Virus record (IMG/VR): IMGVR_UViG_3300009163_000001
Strand: one strand, 5' to 3'
Length of the DNA: 20,000 nucleotides
Origin: an uncultured virus (IMG/VR IMGVR_UViG_3300009163_000001)
Lineage: Duplodnaviria > Heunggongvirae > Uroviricota > Caudoviricetes
Position 1 is the stretch's first letter. Each line of letters begins with the position of its first letter. The position numbers were made by a program, and so were the translations under genes. The notes under the pieces were generated by a model. It did no database searches, was not told the origin of the DNA, and saw only the letters and a program-made list of their open reading frames with translations. Positions 1 through 11,700 of this stretch are shown one piece after another.

Positions 1-1
1 C

Positions 2-2692
2 CTATATGTTAGTAAGCGACAAGAATTAGTTAATAAAACTGTTTTTACAATCCCAGCTAGTACAGACAATAGCGGAAGATATGCAAATGAAAAAACAACT
101 ATTATTGATAAAGAAAACGGTACTTTAACCGTACAATCTTCGTTTGCAGATTTACCACCAATAGAACAACAAAGATTAGTTTCGTCAGTGTCAGATGTAT
201 TTCAACCAGCAGCTGGTCAAAGTATTACACCATCTCAATCAAAATCTTTCCACGAGTTAGCTACATCAGATCTTTCTATTATGAATCAAAATGAACTTGC
301 TTGGGATATGATAAGCCTTTCATCATTACCACCATCTCAATTTAATGCAATGCTTATTTCTGGTCAAGATTTAGACGCACAACAAAAAAATAGATTATCA
401 TTTATAAGAACACTTGGGTTTTCTGGAATGCCTAACAGTAAAATTGTATCTTTTGTAAAAAGTACACCACCAGATGTTGCTGCCAAAGTAGCTAATATAG
501 TTTCTTATATGTCAAACAATAATCCAACAACAAATTTACCACACGCTTCTGATGCTGCTGCATTAGAAGCTAATATTTTTACTGGTATTAGCCCAGAATT
601 TAAATTAACAAACGATCACGAAACAATTCAAGCTATGTCTAGTAGATATCCTAGTGTTCGTGATTACATAGCAACAGTTGCGTATATTTCTAATCTGCCA
701 ATTGAGCAAGTAGAAAAAGATAAGTCTATTAATTTAATCAGAGAACAGTTTAATGCTAATCATGCAATGATAAAATCGGGTGAGATAGAAACTTTAATTG
801 ATATAAGAAATATTCCAGTTCTTTCAGCTCCTTTATCTGGACCACTAGATAGAATGATTAAGGAAAGTATGCCTGTGGGTTATTCGGGAATGGGGACCAT
901 GAAAACACAGGATAAAATTATAATGTATCATTCAGCTCAATTAGCTACCGTGACATATAATGGTAATACAGAAGCTTTAGTAAATAACAGAGAAAAAAGT
1001 TTTGATAGTACATATAATACAACTCATGTTATTGTAAATAATAGAATAGAAAATATTATAAAAAGTGAGTTCTTAAAATTAAGATCGCAAACTAAAGATA
1101 AAGAAACTGGTAAACAAGTTACTGGTGGCTTAACAGATAGCCTTATACTTCAATATGTTCTTGCATCATCAGATCAAGCATTAGCTAATTTTAATGGTGG
1201 AAAAACACCAGTAACAGAAGCAGAAATTTTAGCTGCTTACAATAAAGGAATGGCAAGTATTGGACCAGCACATTCTTGGAAGTGGGATGTTGATACCACC
1301 ACTGATTCGGAAGTATCAAGAATAAAACAAGACGGTACTTCTAGTGTTCCGATGCGACTTAAATCAATCCCAATAAGAACTAACGATATGTCTAATGGTA
1401 CTGGTGGTTTTTCTAATTTATTAGATAACAATACAATTTTTCCATCAGATAATAAAGATCGTCTTATTAAAAATAGCGGTGGAAAACCAACCTATGCTTT
1501 AACAAGTAATAAAAATGTTTATGGAATGATAGATATAACTGGTCAACAAGAAGATCTTGCTGAGTTTGTAGCTTCTACTAAAAGTGGTAAAGCTCCAGTA
1601 ACATTTAGAAGTGGGGATATAGATCAATTTGGTCTCGATCATTATGTAGACCAACCTAAAACAAAAGAGCAAATTGTTTTTGAAGTATCTAATAATTTAA
1701 TAAGGGAAGTTAGAAATACAAATCTGGATACAAGCTTTCTTGGTAGTGATCCTAAATTAGATAGTAGAGAAAAATTTAAAATGGCAATCTATAAAGACCA
1801 ACCATTTTTAATTCATCATACTGCTACTAAATTGGGAATATCAAATATACAAGCAACCAATATTGTGCATGAGTTATTAACTGATGAGAAATATTTAGAT
1901 ACTATTTATAATAGAAATGTAGATGATACATATCTACATGCATTAGCTGATACTACAATCACTATAGCTCAGTTTCAAACCAATAACTCAATCTTACCAT
2001 CACTTAAAATACCAGAAGCTCAAGCTCCAACCTTTACAACCGAAATATTACATCAACCAAACCAACAGATAACTAACGAACCAATAACACCATCACCAGT
2101 AGTTTCTACACCAGTAGAAACACTAGATCAAAAGAAAGAACGATTTAAAAAAGAAGGAATGACTGACGCAGATATAGAAAGAATGTTAAAATTTAAATCT
2201 GTAAATCCAGATGCAGTAAGTCCTGGATCTGTTCGTGGGTCTAACGCTAGTGACTTTATTTCTAAACAAGAAGGCTTTAGAACTGATGCCTATTGGGATA
2301 AGACTGGCTGGGCTATTGGTAATGGCTCTCGTACTAAGTTAGATGGAACTCCTGTCAAAGAAGGAGATAAGGTTACAAAAGAACAAGCTACTACAATGTT
2401 AAATAACTATGTAGATGCTGTTCGGTCTAAATTAGAGAAGGAAGTTCCAACTTGGAATGAATTAAATATGAATCAACAAGATGCTTTAATTTCATTTGGG
2501 TATAATGTTGGTCCAGATTTTTATGGTAAGAAAGATTTTGAAACAATCACTAAAGCGTTATCTACAATTGATACATTAAAGACAGTTCCAGATGCTATTA
2601 AATTATATAATAAATCTGGTGGTAAAGTTCTTAATGGGTTGATCAATAGAAGAAAAGCAGAAATTGATCTTTGGAATTCAGTAGTTCGATAA
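2..2692 (+). CDS. Internal virion/ejection protein with C-terminal GH24 lysozyme (phiKMV gp36/T7 gp15-like position); 5'-truncated by the window
   Basis: Frame is open from position 2 (LYVSKRQELVNKTVF...) into the listed 188..2692 ORF, so GTG 188 is unlikely to be the true start. C-terminus has EGFRTDAYWD...WAIGNG, QQDALISFGYNVG and GLINRRKAE. Confidence 0.85.
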   Translation, partial: LYVSKRQELVNKTVFTIPASTDNSGRYANEKTTIIDKENGTLTVQSSFADLPPIEQQRLVSSVSDVFQPAAGQSITPSQSKSFHELATSDLSIMNQNELAWDMISLSSLPPSQFNAMLISGQDLDAQQKNRLSFIRTLGFSGMPNSKIVSFVKSTPPDVAAKVANIVSYMSNNNPTTNLPHASDAAALEANIFTGISPEFKLTNDHETIQAMSSRYPSVRDYIATVAYISNLPIEQVEKDKSINLIREQFNANHAMIKSGEIETLIDIRNIPVLSAPLSGPLDRMIKESMPVGYSGMGTMKTQDKIIMYHSAQLATVTYNGNTEALVNNREKSFDSTYNTTHVIVNNRIENIIKSEFLKLRSQTKDKETGKQVTGGLTDSLILQYVLASSDQALANFNGGKTPVTEAEILAAYNKGMASIGPAHSWKWDVDTTTDSEVSRIKQDGTSSVPMRLKSIPIRTNDMSNGTGGFSNLLDNNTIFPSDNKDRLIKNSGGKPTYALTSNKNVYGMIDITGQQEDLAEFVASTKSGKAPVTFRSGDIDQFGLDHYVDQPKTKEQIVFEVSNNLIREVRNTNLDTSFLGSDPKLDSREKFKMAIYKDQPFLIHHTATKLGISNIQATNIVHELLTDEKYLDTIYNRNVDDTYLHALADTTITIAQFQTNNSILPSLKIPEAQAPTFTTEILHQPNQQITNEPITPSPVVSTPVETLDQKKERFKKEGMTDADIERMLKFKSVNPDAVSPGSVRGSNASDFISKQEGFRTDAYWDKTGWAIGNGSRTKLDGTPVKEGDKVTKEQATTMLNNYVDAVRSKLEKEVPTWNELNMNQQDALISFGYNVGPDFYGKKDFETITKALSTIDTLKTVPDAIKLYNKSGGKVLNGLINRRKAEIDLWNSVVR
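2246..2689 (+). other. GH24 (T4/P21-type) phage lysozyme domain
   Basis: Catalytic Glu codon at 2270 and Asp at 2297 (E-x8-D), plus DALISFxYNVG and GLxxRRxAE signatures; joined by a Pro/Thr/Gln-rich linker (~2000-2130). Confidence 0.92.
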
Positions 2693-2746
2693 TTAACTAA
2701 CACAACTTATTCATGGCACGAAAGTTCCCAGAAAGGTATTACACTT

Positions 2747-5700
2747 ATGAGCGAGAAGAATATTGATATTAATGAATTAAACGCACCAGCTGATATTAGA
2801 CTTGGTGGTTTATATAATCCAGAGCCAACTCCAAGAGAACCAGAACTTAAGTACAACGCTACAGTACCTTACTATATTGGTAGATCAGTTAACAATATTT
2901 TGCCATCAATAATGTCTGTGTTAACAGAACCACTTACTGGTGACGGCATAAACCCATATACTGAAGATGCTAATAACGCTAGAATGGGGATTGCTCCAGA
3001 TACATTGTTATCTTCAATGTCTAATATAGCTAATTGGAGTAAGAATATAAAGACACAACAAGATCTATACCCATCCTTTACAAGCAGTCCTTCTGATGCT
3101 GCTTTTGATGAACAACTTAGAATTGAAAACATGGTTAATGGTGGAACTACTTCTGGAGCCATTGGTAGATCAGTAGATCAAACAGCACAAAAAAGATTAA
3201 TTGCTGGTTATTATCTTAATCCATATTTTAAAATTAATGCAAACCAACAATTAATTGAGAATCGAGATGGGTTTGAACAAAGATATGACGAGTATGCTGC
3301 TAGTGTTAAATTAACAAATGATGATAGATTCCTTAAAGAAATGAACGCAACAGATTCTAAGTTAGCAAGCACGAATGTAAAAGATGCTAAGTTACCAGAA
3401 CTAAAATTACTTAGTCAGAAAGAGTTATATGAGGGGCTTAAGAATTTTAATGAAACTGGAGCATGGGGTAGGTATGTTGCAAACCTTTCAGCAGAAGATG
3501 GTTTGTTTTCTCTTGGTTGGGTAGTCAAAGATATTTTAACTGGCTTTGGAATGGCTAATCCACTTAATAAAGTTGAAGGTGGTTTTGAATTAGCAACATA
3601 TCAAAACCCGTGGAATATTATGGAGACTCCAGTTGTCTCACTTGGTAAAGATGTTATAGACTATGTAGCTAAAGAAGATCCAAACTTTAACGGACCAGAG
3701 TGGTTCTCACAACTAGAACTTCCAGTAGAAGTTCGACACCAAATGTTATTAAATGGTATTGATACTTCGTCTTTTATTGGATCTCGTGGTAAAAATGAAG
3801 CTTTATTTACACTACAAAACTTAATGTTTACTACAACTCTTAGAGATAAGTATGAAAACTTTTTAAAGAAGAATGAATTTTGGAATAGTAAAACAGGATC
3901 ACTAATAAAAATTGGTGTGTCTTTGCCCAACATGATTGCATCTGATCAAGATACTGTACTAGCTGTTGGAACATCCTTATTAAGTGCTGGTGTATCATTG
4001 GTATCTAAAGGAACAGCGATGACTTTAGGTGCAATGAAGCTTACTGGAGCAGCAGCTAATACAATGAAAACCACTGGAGTAGTACTCAGTGGTCTTGGAA
4101 CAGCCACAGCTTTATCTACTGGTGGTATCCCTAGATTTTTAAAGTATGCAAATTGGGGTACAAAACTTGGCTATAGTATTGGTACTGGTTCTTTAATTAT
4201 GGTTGCAAGAAACTTTAAAGATCAACAAAACAAAATAGCCTTTACTGTTGCTGGTTTAGAAGAGCAAGGTAAATATTCTTATGACTTATCGGAAGCAGCA
4301 ACATCCGCATTTGAAGGTGCTATATTTGGTGGTGTAATGCATGGTGTGCATGAGGGTGCTGGTTATTTAAATAATAAAATTAGAATTGAATTAAACAATG
4401 GTATTGATTATAACAGTTATACCATTAATGGACCAAACACCAAAATGAGACCAGCGGTTACTGATCTTTATTTCGGAGAGAAATTTAAAGAAGCTCAGTT
4501 ATTAGATAGACCTGCTGGTAAATACCCACCACTACTTCCTTTCCTCAAAGCTAAGGTAAGTAAAGAAGAAAGACGACAATATGATCAAGTTGTCCTTGGT
4601 TTAACACCAGAACGACAACTCAATTTAGATAGTTTAACTGATACTTTGATTGCTGAAAGTAATAGTAAAGTACCAGAACCAACACCACTTAAAGAAGTTA
4701 TGATTAATGGTGTAAGACATTTGTTTGAGGCAAATGAGGTAACACCAGTATCTAGTACTGAACACGCACAACATCTTCAAGAACCAGCAACCATTAAAAG
4801 TAGATATGGTAATTATTATTTTAGAGATGGTGATACTAATATGTATATAGAAACACCAGAAGGAGTTGTAAAAACAAATAATGACAATGTTGGTTTTGCA
4901 GAATATCAAGCAAACAAACCAATAGAACAAGAGCTTCCAGTAACACCACTAGCAGAAGGTGAGAAGTTAGCTGTAGCCAAGGACTCCTTCAGTGATCGCT
5001 CTACACTAGTAGAAGCCACCGACCTAAGGGAAGTACCAGAATCTGGTATCTTCTCAAGAGTTGAGGGTGAAGCCCCAGTAGCACATGCTGTGAGGTTACT
5101 TAATGCAGACCAAATTGGTGGTGTATTAGATATTCATCCACTTACAGAAGGTTTTGGAGAAGGTAGACTTGAAGCAACTAAACAATTATCTGCTTACAAA
5201 AAAGCATTACGGATCTTAGAGTTTATTAATGAGAATAGAAATGAATCTCTGTCGGATCAACTTGAGTTATTTGGTGTGGGTCTTGACCCAAAGATAGCAG
5301 AAAAATTACCACAATTAATTAAAGAACTTAATAGTGTTATTAAACAAGTTGAAGAACACACAGCTGATCAAGTAGCTAAAGACTGGTCTCCAGAAGTTTC
5401 TAGTTCTATGACCAAGAATCAAAGAGTAACCTTTCAAGAAGATTTAAGTTATCAAAGAGCTAGGTTAGAATCTGGAGTAGAACCAAAACAAATCTATAAA
5501 GCATTAGATCAAGCTGTTGAGGATGGGACATTTACAAAAAACTATAGAGACGCTATTGTAAAAGTTCTTACAACCCTTGGTGAGTTACCTAAAGAAGAAG
5601 TACCTGAGGTAACTAGCGCAAAACCAACAGTTAAAAATCAAGTTCGTAGAAGACTTGCTAAGATTGAAACTAGTAGTAATGATAGGGTTATTAGACAAAC

Positions 5701-8700
5701 TACTCAACGATTTAAAAGTGTGTTTAATGATAAACAACAAGCTAAAGCAAGGGCTGCATATAAAAAACCATATGGATCTAATAAAGCAAAAAACGGATTT
5801 ATTAAAAACTTTAGTAAGCGATTAGCAAAAAATGGTGTTTCAATTGACACAAGAATTGAAGCTGTTAAATTATTAAGTGCTAGTTTAGCTAACTTAAAAG
5901 TAGGTCCAGCCCAATTACTTATGTGGGTGGATAAAATAAAAACAATAGATGTTAATCCAGATGGATATCGAGGTCAAGCTACAGCAAGTATTGTTCCAAA
6001 AATTGATATTAAACTAGGTAAAAACTATGCTTCTGAGTTAAGCGTAAACCAAGCACCAGAAGTAGTTAAGTTAACTTTACATGAACTTGGTCATATTTAT
6101 TCATATTTATTTTCTAGTGTAGAAGAACAAAAATTAAACGATCTATATACTAAATATGTTGATGTATATACTGTTAAAAAATATATGCTTAATGAGAATG
6201 CTTTGTTTGGAAACGCATATCATTTAACAAAACAAAATAAATACAACATATCAAACCTAAGTGGAAGTATATTAAGTGATAACTTTTCTTATGATTTTAA
6301 GGGTGTTGATGAATTTTTTGCAAATATGTTTCAGAGTACACTTTATAATGAAACAATAAATGCTTTAAAAACAACACCAAGAAATAAACCTGTAAGTCTG
6401 TGGCTTATAGACTCATTAGTTCATTTTAAAAATACATGGAACTCTATTAAAAATATAGTTAGTGATGATAATTTAAATGGATTAACAAAAGGAATTTTTG
6501 AACTAATTAAAAAAATAGATAAACAAACTTATTTAACTGGTGAAGAAGCTCTAATTAGAGAAAGAGTATCAGCTAAAATTCAATTTCGTCTTGCTCAAAA
6601 CTCTTCTTTAGTAAATTTAACAGACCTTCCAAATTTTAATGGTTTATTATCATATAGAAATTATAATGAACAGCTTGGTACTAGATTATTAAATATGTTA
6701 TATGATCCACAAAGCGAAAAGTTATTATCTAGTTTAGTAGATATGGAAAATCATACAAGCGAACAAGCCCGAAGTCTTGCACTTGATACTATAAGAGGAA
6801 GAATAGAAAAAGAAATTAATAATCTTGTTGGTGTTGTGGAGGGTGGAGAAGCACATGCAGATCCATTTACTGAAATATTTAGAATGACTAGTGGTTTTGA
6901 GGTAGATACGAACACTGTAATTTGGAAACAACTTGCTTATATGCTTGATTCAGACGGTAGTATTCGTGATGTATTAAAACAACCTACTGAATTTATTATA
7001 TCAGATAATATGGAATCATTTCCTGGTTCTAAAACAGAACCTAAAACAACCATAAATGAATATGATTTAGAATCAAGATTGGTTGTTGCGTCTATATTTA
7101 TGCCTCATAGAATATCAGAAATATTACAAACTTGGCAACGATCAGCACATGATACTAATATTATTGGAATGGGATTAGAAACTAATGTATCTAATTTAAA
7201 TGTGATGTCAAATACTGCAAAGATTGTAGTTAGATATTTAGACATTAGAAAATCTGTTGATGATTATAAAGCAACAGCTTTTGCTTATGCTGTACCCGAT
7301 TTATTTAAGGATAACAAATCAAACAGAGCATTCTATACAGAGTTTAGTAGTATTGCTGATTTTGTAAATATGTTACACTCAAATGAAAATGCTGAGGTTA
7401 ATATAAACACATTGCAAGATAGATTAATTTATTTATCAAAAGAAAAGTATGCAGTTGGAGATCCAATTGCTGGTAGTTATCTCCAACAATTTTTATTTTT
7501 AGATGATATTCTAGAACATTTAAATCAAGAGTTTGGTATTCGATTAAAAGAAAAACAAAACATATTTACACCAGAATTAGATCGTGGGGCTAAAGAAGTT
7601 ATTAATGATTTAATAACAAGTCCATTTATACCAAACAATAGAAAATATGAAATTATTAACCTGTCTGTTCGTGGCGGTAAAACTAAACATGGTTTTAATT
7701 CTTTCTTTGAAGTTGCAGCAGATCTTGATAGAAATGATAATCTTAGATCTATGGTTTATGGTTTTCTTGATAAACTAAATTTAGATGGTGTTACATTTGA
7801 CACTCGTTTAAAAGAAGCTTCACTACGCTTATTAGATACTAGTGATATAGATAAAAAGGTTATTGAAACAGAAGATTTATTTACACTAGCTAGATTAATT
7901 GCTAATGAAATTCTTGGACCAGATAAGGTAGAAATTGTTAAACAAAATATTACTACTAGAAAAAAACTACTCAAGGCAAAACCAGAGTTAGTAGAAAAAA
8001 TTAAAACAAAGCAACAAGAAGTAGCTGTTGCTAAAATTAAAGCTGCTTCAGTTAAAGTTAAAACAGAACCAATAAATAATAACGAAGTATCTGAGTTACT
8101 TGCTGACGCAGCCAGTGAACCACTAACGGCAGATGAAACCGCAGTCACAACAAATAACTGGAAAACAAATCCAAAAACAACTACTACTGATGTAGTGAGT
8201 GGGGAAATTGGATTAACTAAAGCTAAAAACTTTAGTTATTTATCTGATGGTCCTATGTTAACTGTGGTTGATATAAGCTTGTTAGTTAGTACAAAAGGTA
8301 ATATTCTTCGTAAAGTATTATTTTCAGCTCTTGGAAAAATGAGAGGAAAGCTTTCAATTGAGGGTAAAGAAGATATGCTAAGTGAGTTAGGATTAGCAAT
8401 TCAATATGAACCAACTACTAAAAAAGCTTATGAAACTATTCTTGCTGATGGAAAAGATGTTAAACCTAGAATTGTAGGTCTATCTAAAAAAGTTTTATTT
8501 AATGCTATTCAAACTAAAATTAGAAACGAATCTATTTTATCATCAACTGGTGAATCACAAAAGAAAGAAAATAGTATTATTGGTCCTGATGGAGAATCAA
8601 TGGACTTTGCTCAAGTTGTTAATAATAAAAGAAGAACAACCGAAAGAACGCTAAATGAAGCAATGATGGCTTTAAACCAAGTAGGATTAACAAAAGATAC

Positions 8701-11700
8701 AATAGATAAATTTGAAACATTTTCTAGATTACGATTAACTCCTGGCTCTACTGAAAAAAGCGTAGCTGAAATAATGGGTATGACTGAAGACGCTATGAAT
8801 AAACTTGTACATAGAGTTAAAGAAGCTTTTAAAAAAAAACAAATAACTATAGATATTTTAGATGGTAAGATAACTGATATTAACCCACAACAATTAGCTA
8901 GTCGAATGGCTAGAATAGAACTTGAAAATTCTACAACAACAGAATTAGCTAACCCAATTGAGGCTGCAAAAAAAGCAATTAAACCACTTAGAGAAAGAAT
9001 GGCTATTGCAACTAGAAGAGAAGCAACAGCAGAAATATTTAAAGATGCTGTTGTTGATACTAGCACTGAACCAAGTGTTGCTATGCCTATTGTTAATAAG
9101 TCAAAAACAAAAGAAACTATGTATGCTACTACACTAGATGGTACTAGTGAATCTGTACCAAATGGGACTGTATTAGTAGCACACGAAATTGCTACAACAA
9201 TTGCAGAATCAAAACAAGCTGAGATAACAACTCAAGTTGTTGTTGATATAACTAAACCAACTATTGAATTAGTAGCTGGTAATGGACTTGTAGATACACT
9301 TAAAAATACACCAGCATCTGTATTTGAAGAAGTTGGTCTTGAAAAAGAAGCACTCATTGAAACTTTGGTTGCTGTAAATAATCCAGAAGAAGTATTAATG
9401 AATATTTTAAAAGAAAATGAAGTACCACCAGCAACAATTACTATTACTAATAAAGCAAAAAAGACAAAGGCTATTATTGTTTTAGAACCAGAGGTTGCAA
9501 AGGTAACTGGTGTTATCGACAATACTGTTGAATCTCCAACTGTTAGAAATGTTGGAACAGAACCAGCTAAAGTAGATCCAAGTATTGTTATTGAATCTAC
9601 TGTTAAGAACCCTGAGAAAGAAGTTATTATTTTTGATAAGTCTACTGGTGAGTCTCCTGATTTAAAACCAATGATTGTTACTGGCACTAGTGATAGAGTT
9701 GAACTATCTCCTATTGATAAGTTTGATAGTGAAGTAATGGCTGGTAAGGAAATGCTTAGACTTAATGGACAAGATCCAAAGTTTATAAAGTATTTCCTAT
9801 TGAAGTTTAACAAACTATCTTCTGCTCTAGTTAAGAATATTGGAGTTAAGATTGATGCTATACCAAAAGAATTTGAAAACTTATTGGCTGAGATACAATC
9901 TTATTATCTTGCTATTAGTGAGCATAATAGAAGTAACTTTCCAGATTATGTATTTAATAGTCTTAATGATAAATTTTGGAAAGAGTTTGATAAACAAGTT
10001 GTTGCTGATCTTGCCGCTAGAGCTACACCACTTTCTGAAATGAAACCAAAAAAACTTGGTGAAATTATTAAAGCAGCATCTGACAAAGTAAATGAGTTTA
10101 TAGCTTATCATAATAAAGTAGAAATAGGCAGTGTAAAACCTGAGCGTGTTTCTCTTTGGGCTGAATTCTTACCACCTATTTCTCCAGATGACTTTATCTT
10201 AAGTACACTACAAACCGCAAAGGATGTAAATGAAAGTACCTTTATAACTGAAGTAAGACTAAGACCAAAGAGTGAAGGTGAGCGGTTATTTAAAGCAGCA
10301 AAGCAAAAAAGAATAACAGCAAAAACTATTGTTGAAGATTTCAAACTAACTCCGTTAACAGAACCAATTGAATCTGCTAAGCCAACTGAGGTTCCTAAGC
10401 CAACCGAAGCTGCTAAGCCAACCGAAGCTGCTAAGCCAACCGAAGCTGCTAAGCCAACCGAAGCTGCTAAGCCAGTAAAAGAAATAGATACAGTTGATAC
10501 TATTACTGAATCTCTTGCTGATGATTTAAAGAAAAGAATGGAAGATAAAAAGAATAGTAAAGATCGTAATGGCTTCCTACGAAATTGGTGGATAAAGTAT
10601 TCAGATATGCATACAATGCATCACACATCTCTTAATTGGTGGTCTAGATTTTGGAGAGGATCAGCTAAAGAAATTACTGCTGATGCTAATATGATCTCTA
10701 GGTTTATGAGATTATCAAGTGGGCTTATTGCAAACAGGTCTGCCGAAGGAAAAACTATTCGTAGTTTAAATAATGTAATGCGGCTTATATCTTCATTCGC
10801 AGAAAATGGAAAGTTAATGTCTCATCAATTTGTCAAAGTTGGAATAGAAGCGTTTAAAACATTTGAAGCTTGTGCTTCTCAAAACTTTAGAGAAATCATT
10901 CCATTGTACGACGCTCAAACAAAGTTTAATAACGCTGTTGGTCATATGCAAATGGCTAGAGATCTACAGTGGAACATGATTAAAGCTAAGGCAAAGACAA
11001 AGGGTGTCTTAGTTGATAGCGAACTAGAGAAAATTATATTAACTCATAAACCTAAGGCAACAAAAGAATTTATTAAGACAGTTATTCAAAGAGCAAAGGA
11101 ACTACAGCAAGTAGATATTAATGATAATAAATTATTGATTGATCTAGAAGTTAAAACTAAATGGGGTAGAATGGTTGACCGTAATGGAAAACAAATGGAC
11201 CCAAATGAATACCATAGTATGACGGTTGATTCTAATTTAGTTGGAACTCAAAATAGAACTACTATATTAGAAGCTATGGCAGATGTCCGTAGTCAAACAT
11301 TGTTATCGGAAGATACACTAGATGGTAATATTATGTTTGGTATGGGTTGGTTAACTGAAGGTACTAAGAAGAATAGAACCATTTGGTCAAGAGATAATAG
11401 ATCAGGTGTCCAAATAAGTGACATGGCTGATTCTCCTTTTGATAGAACAACTTTAAAAATGTTGGAAGCAAAAGCAAAACTAGATGGAGAAAATCGGTAC
11501 GCCCCAGGAACAGACTTGGAAAAGATTTGGCAACTGAACGACAAGAACAATCATAAATATTTTTCATACATTGATCCAGCTACTTTAGAAGTTGTGATTT
11601 GTTCTATGCCAGAAGTAAAAGCTGAGTTAAGTGCTGGAGATTTACTGAAGTATAACGAAACGGTTACTGGTAGCTTAGATCATTTATCTCCATTTTGGTT

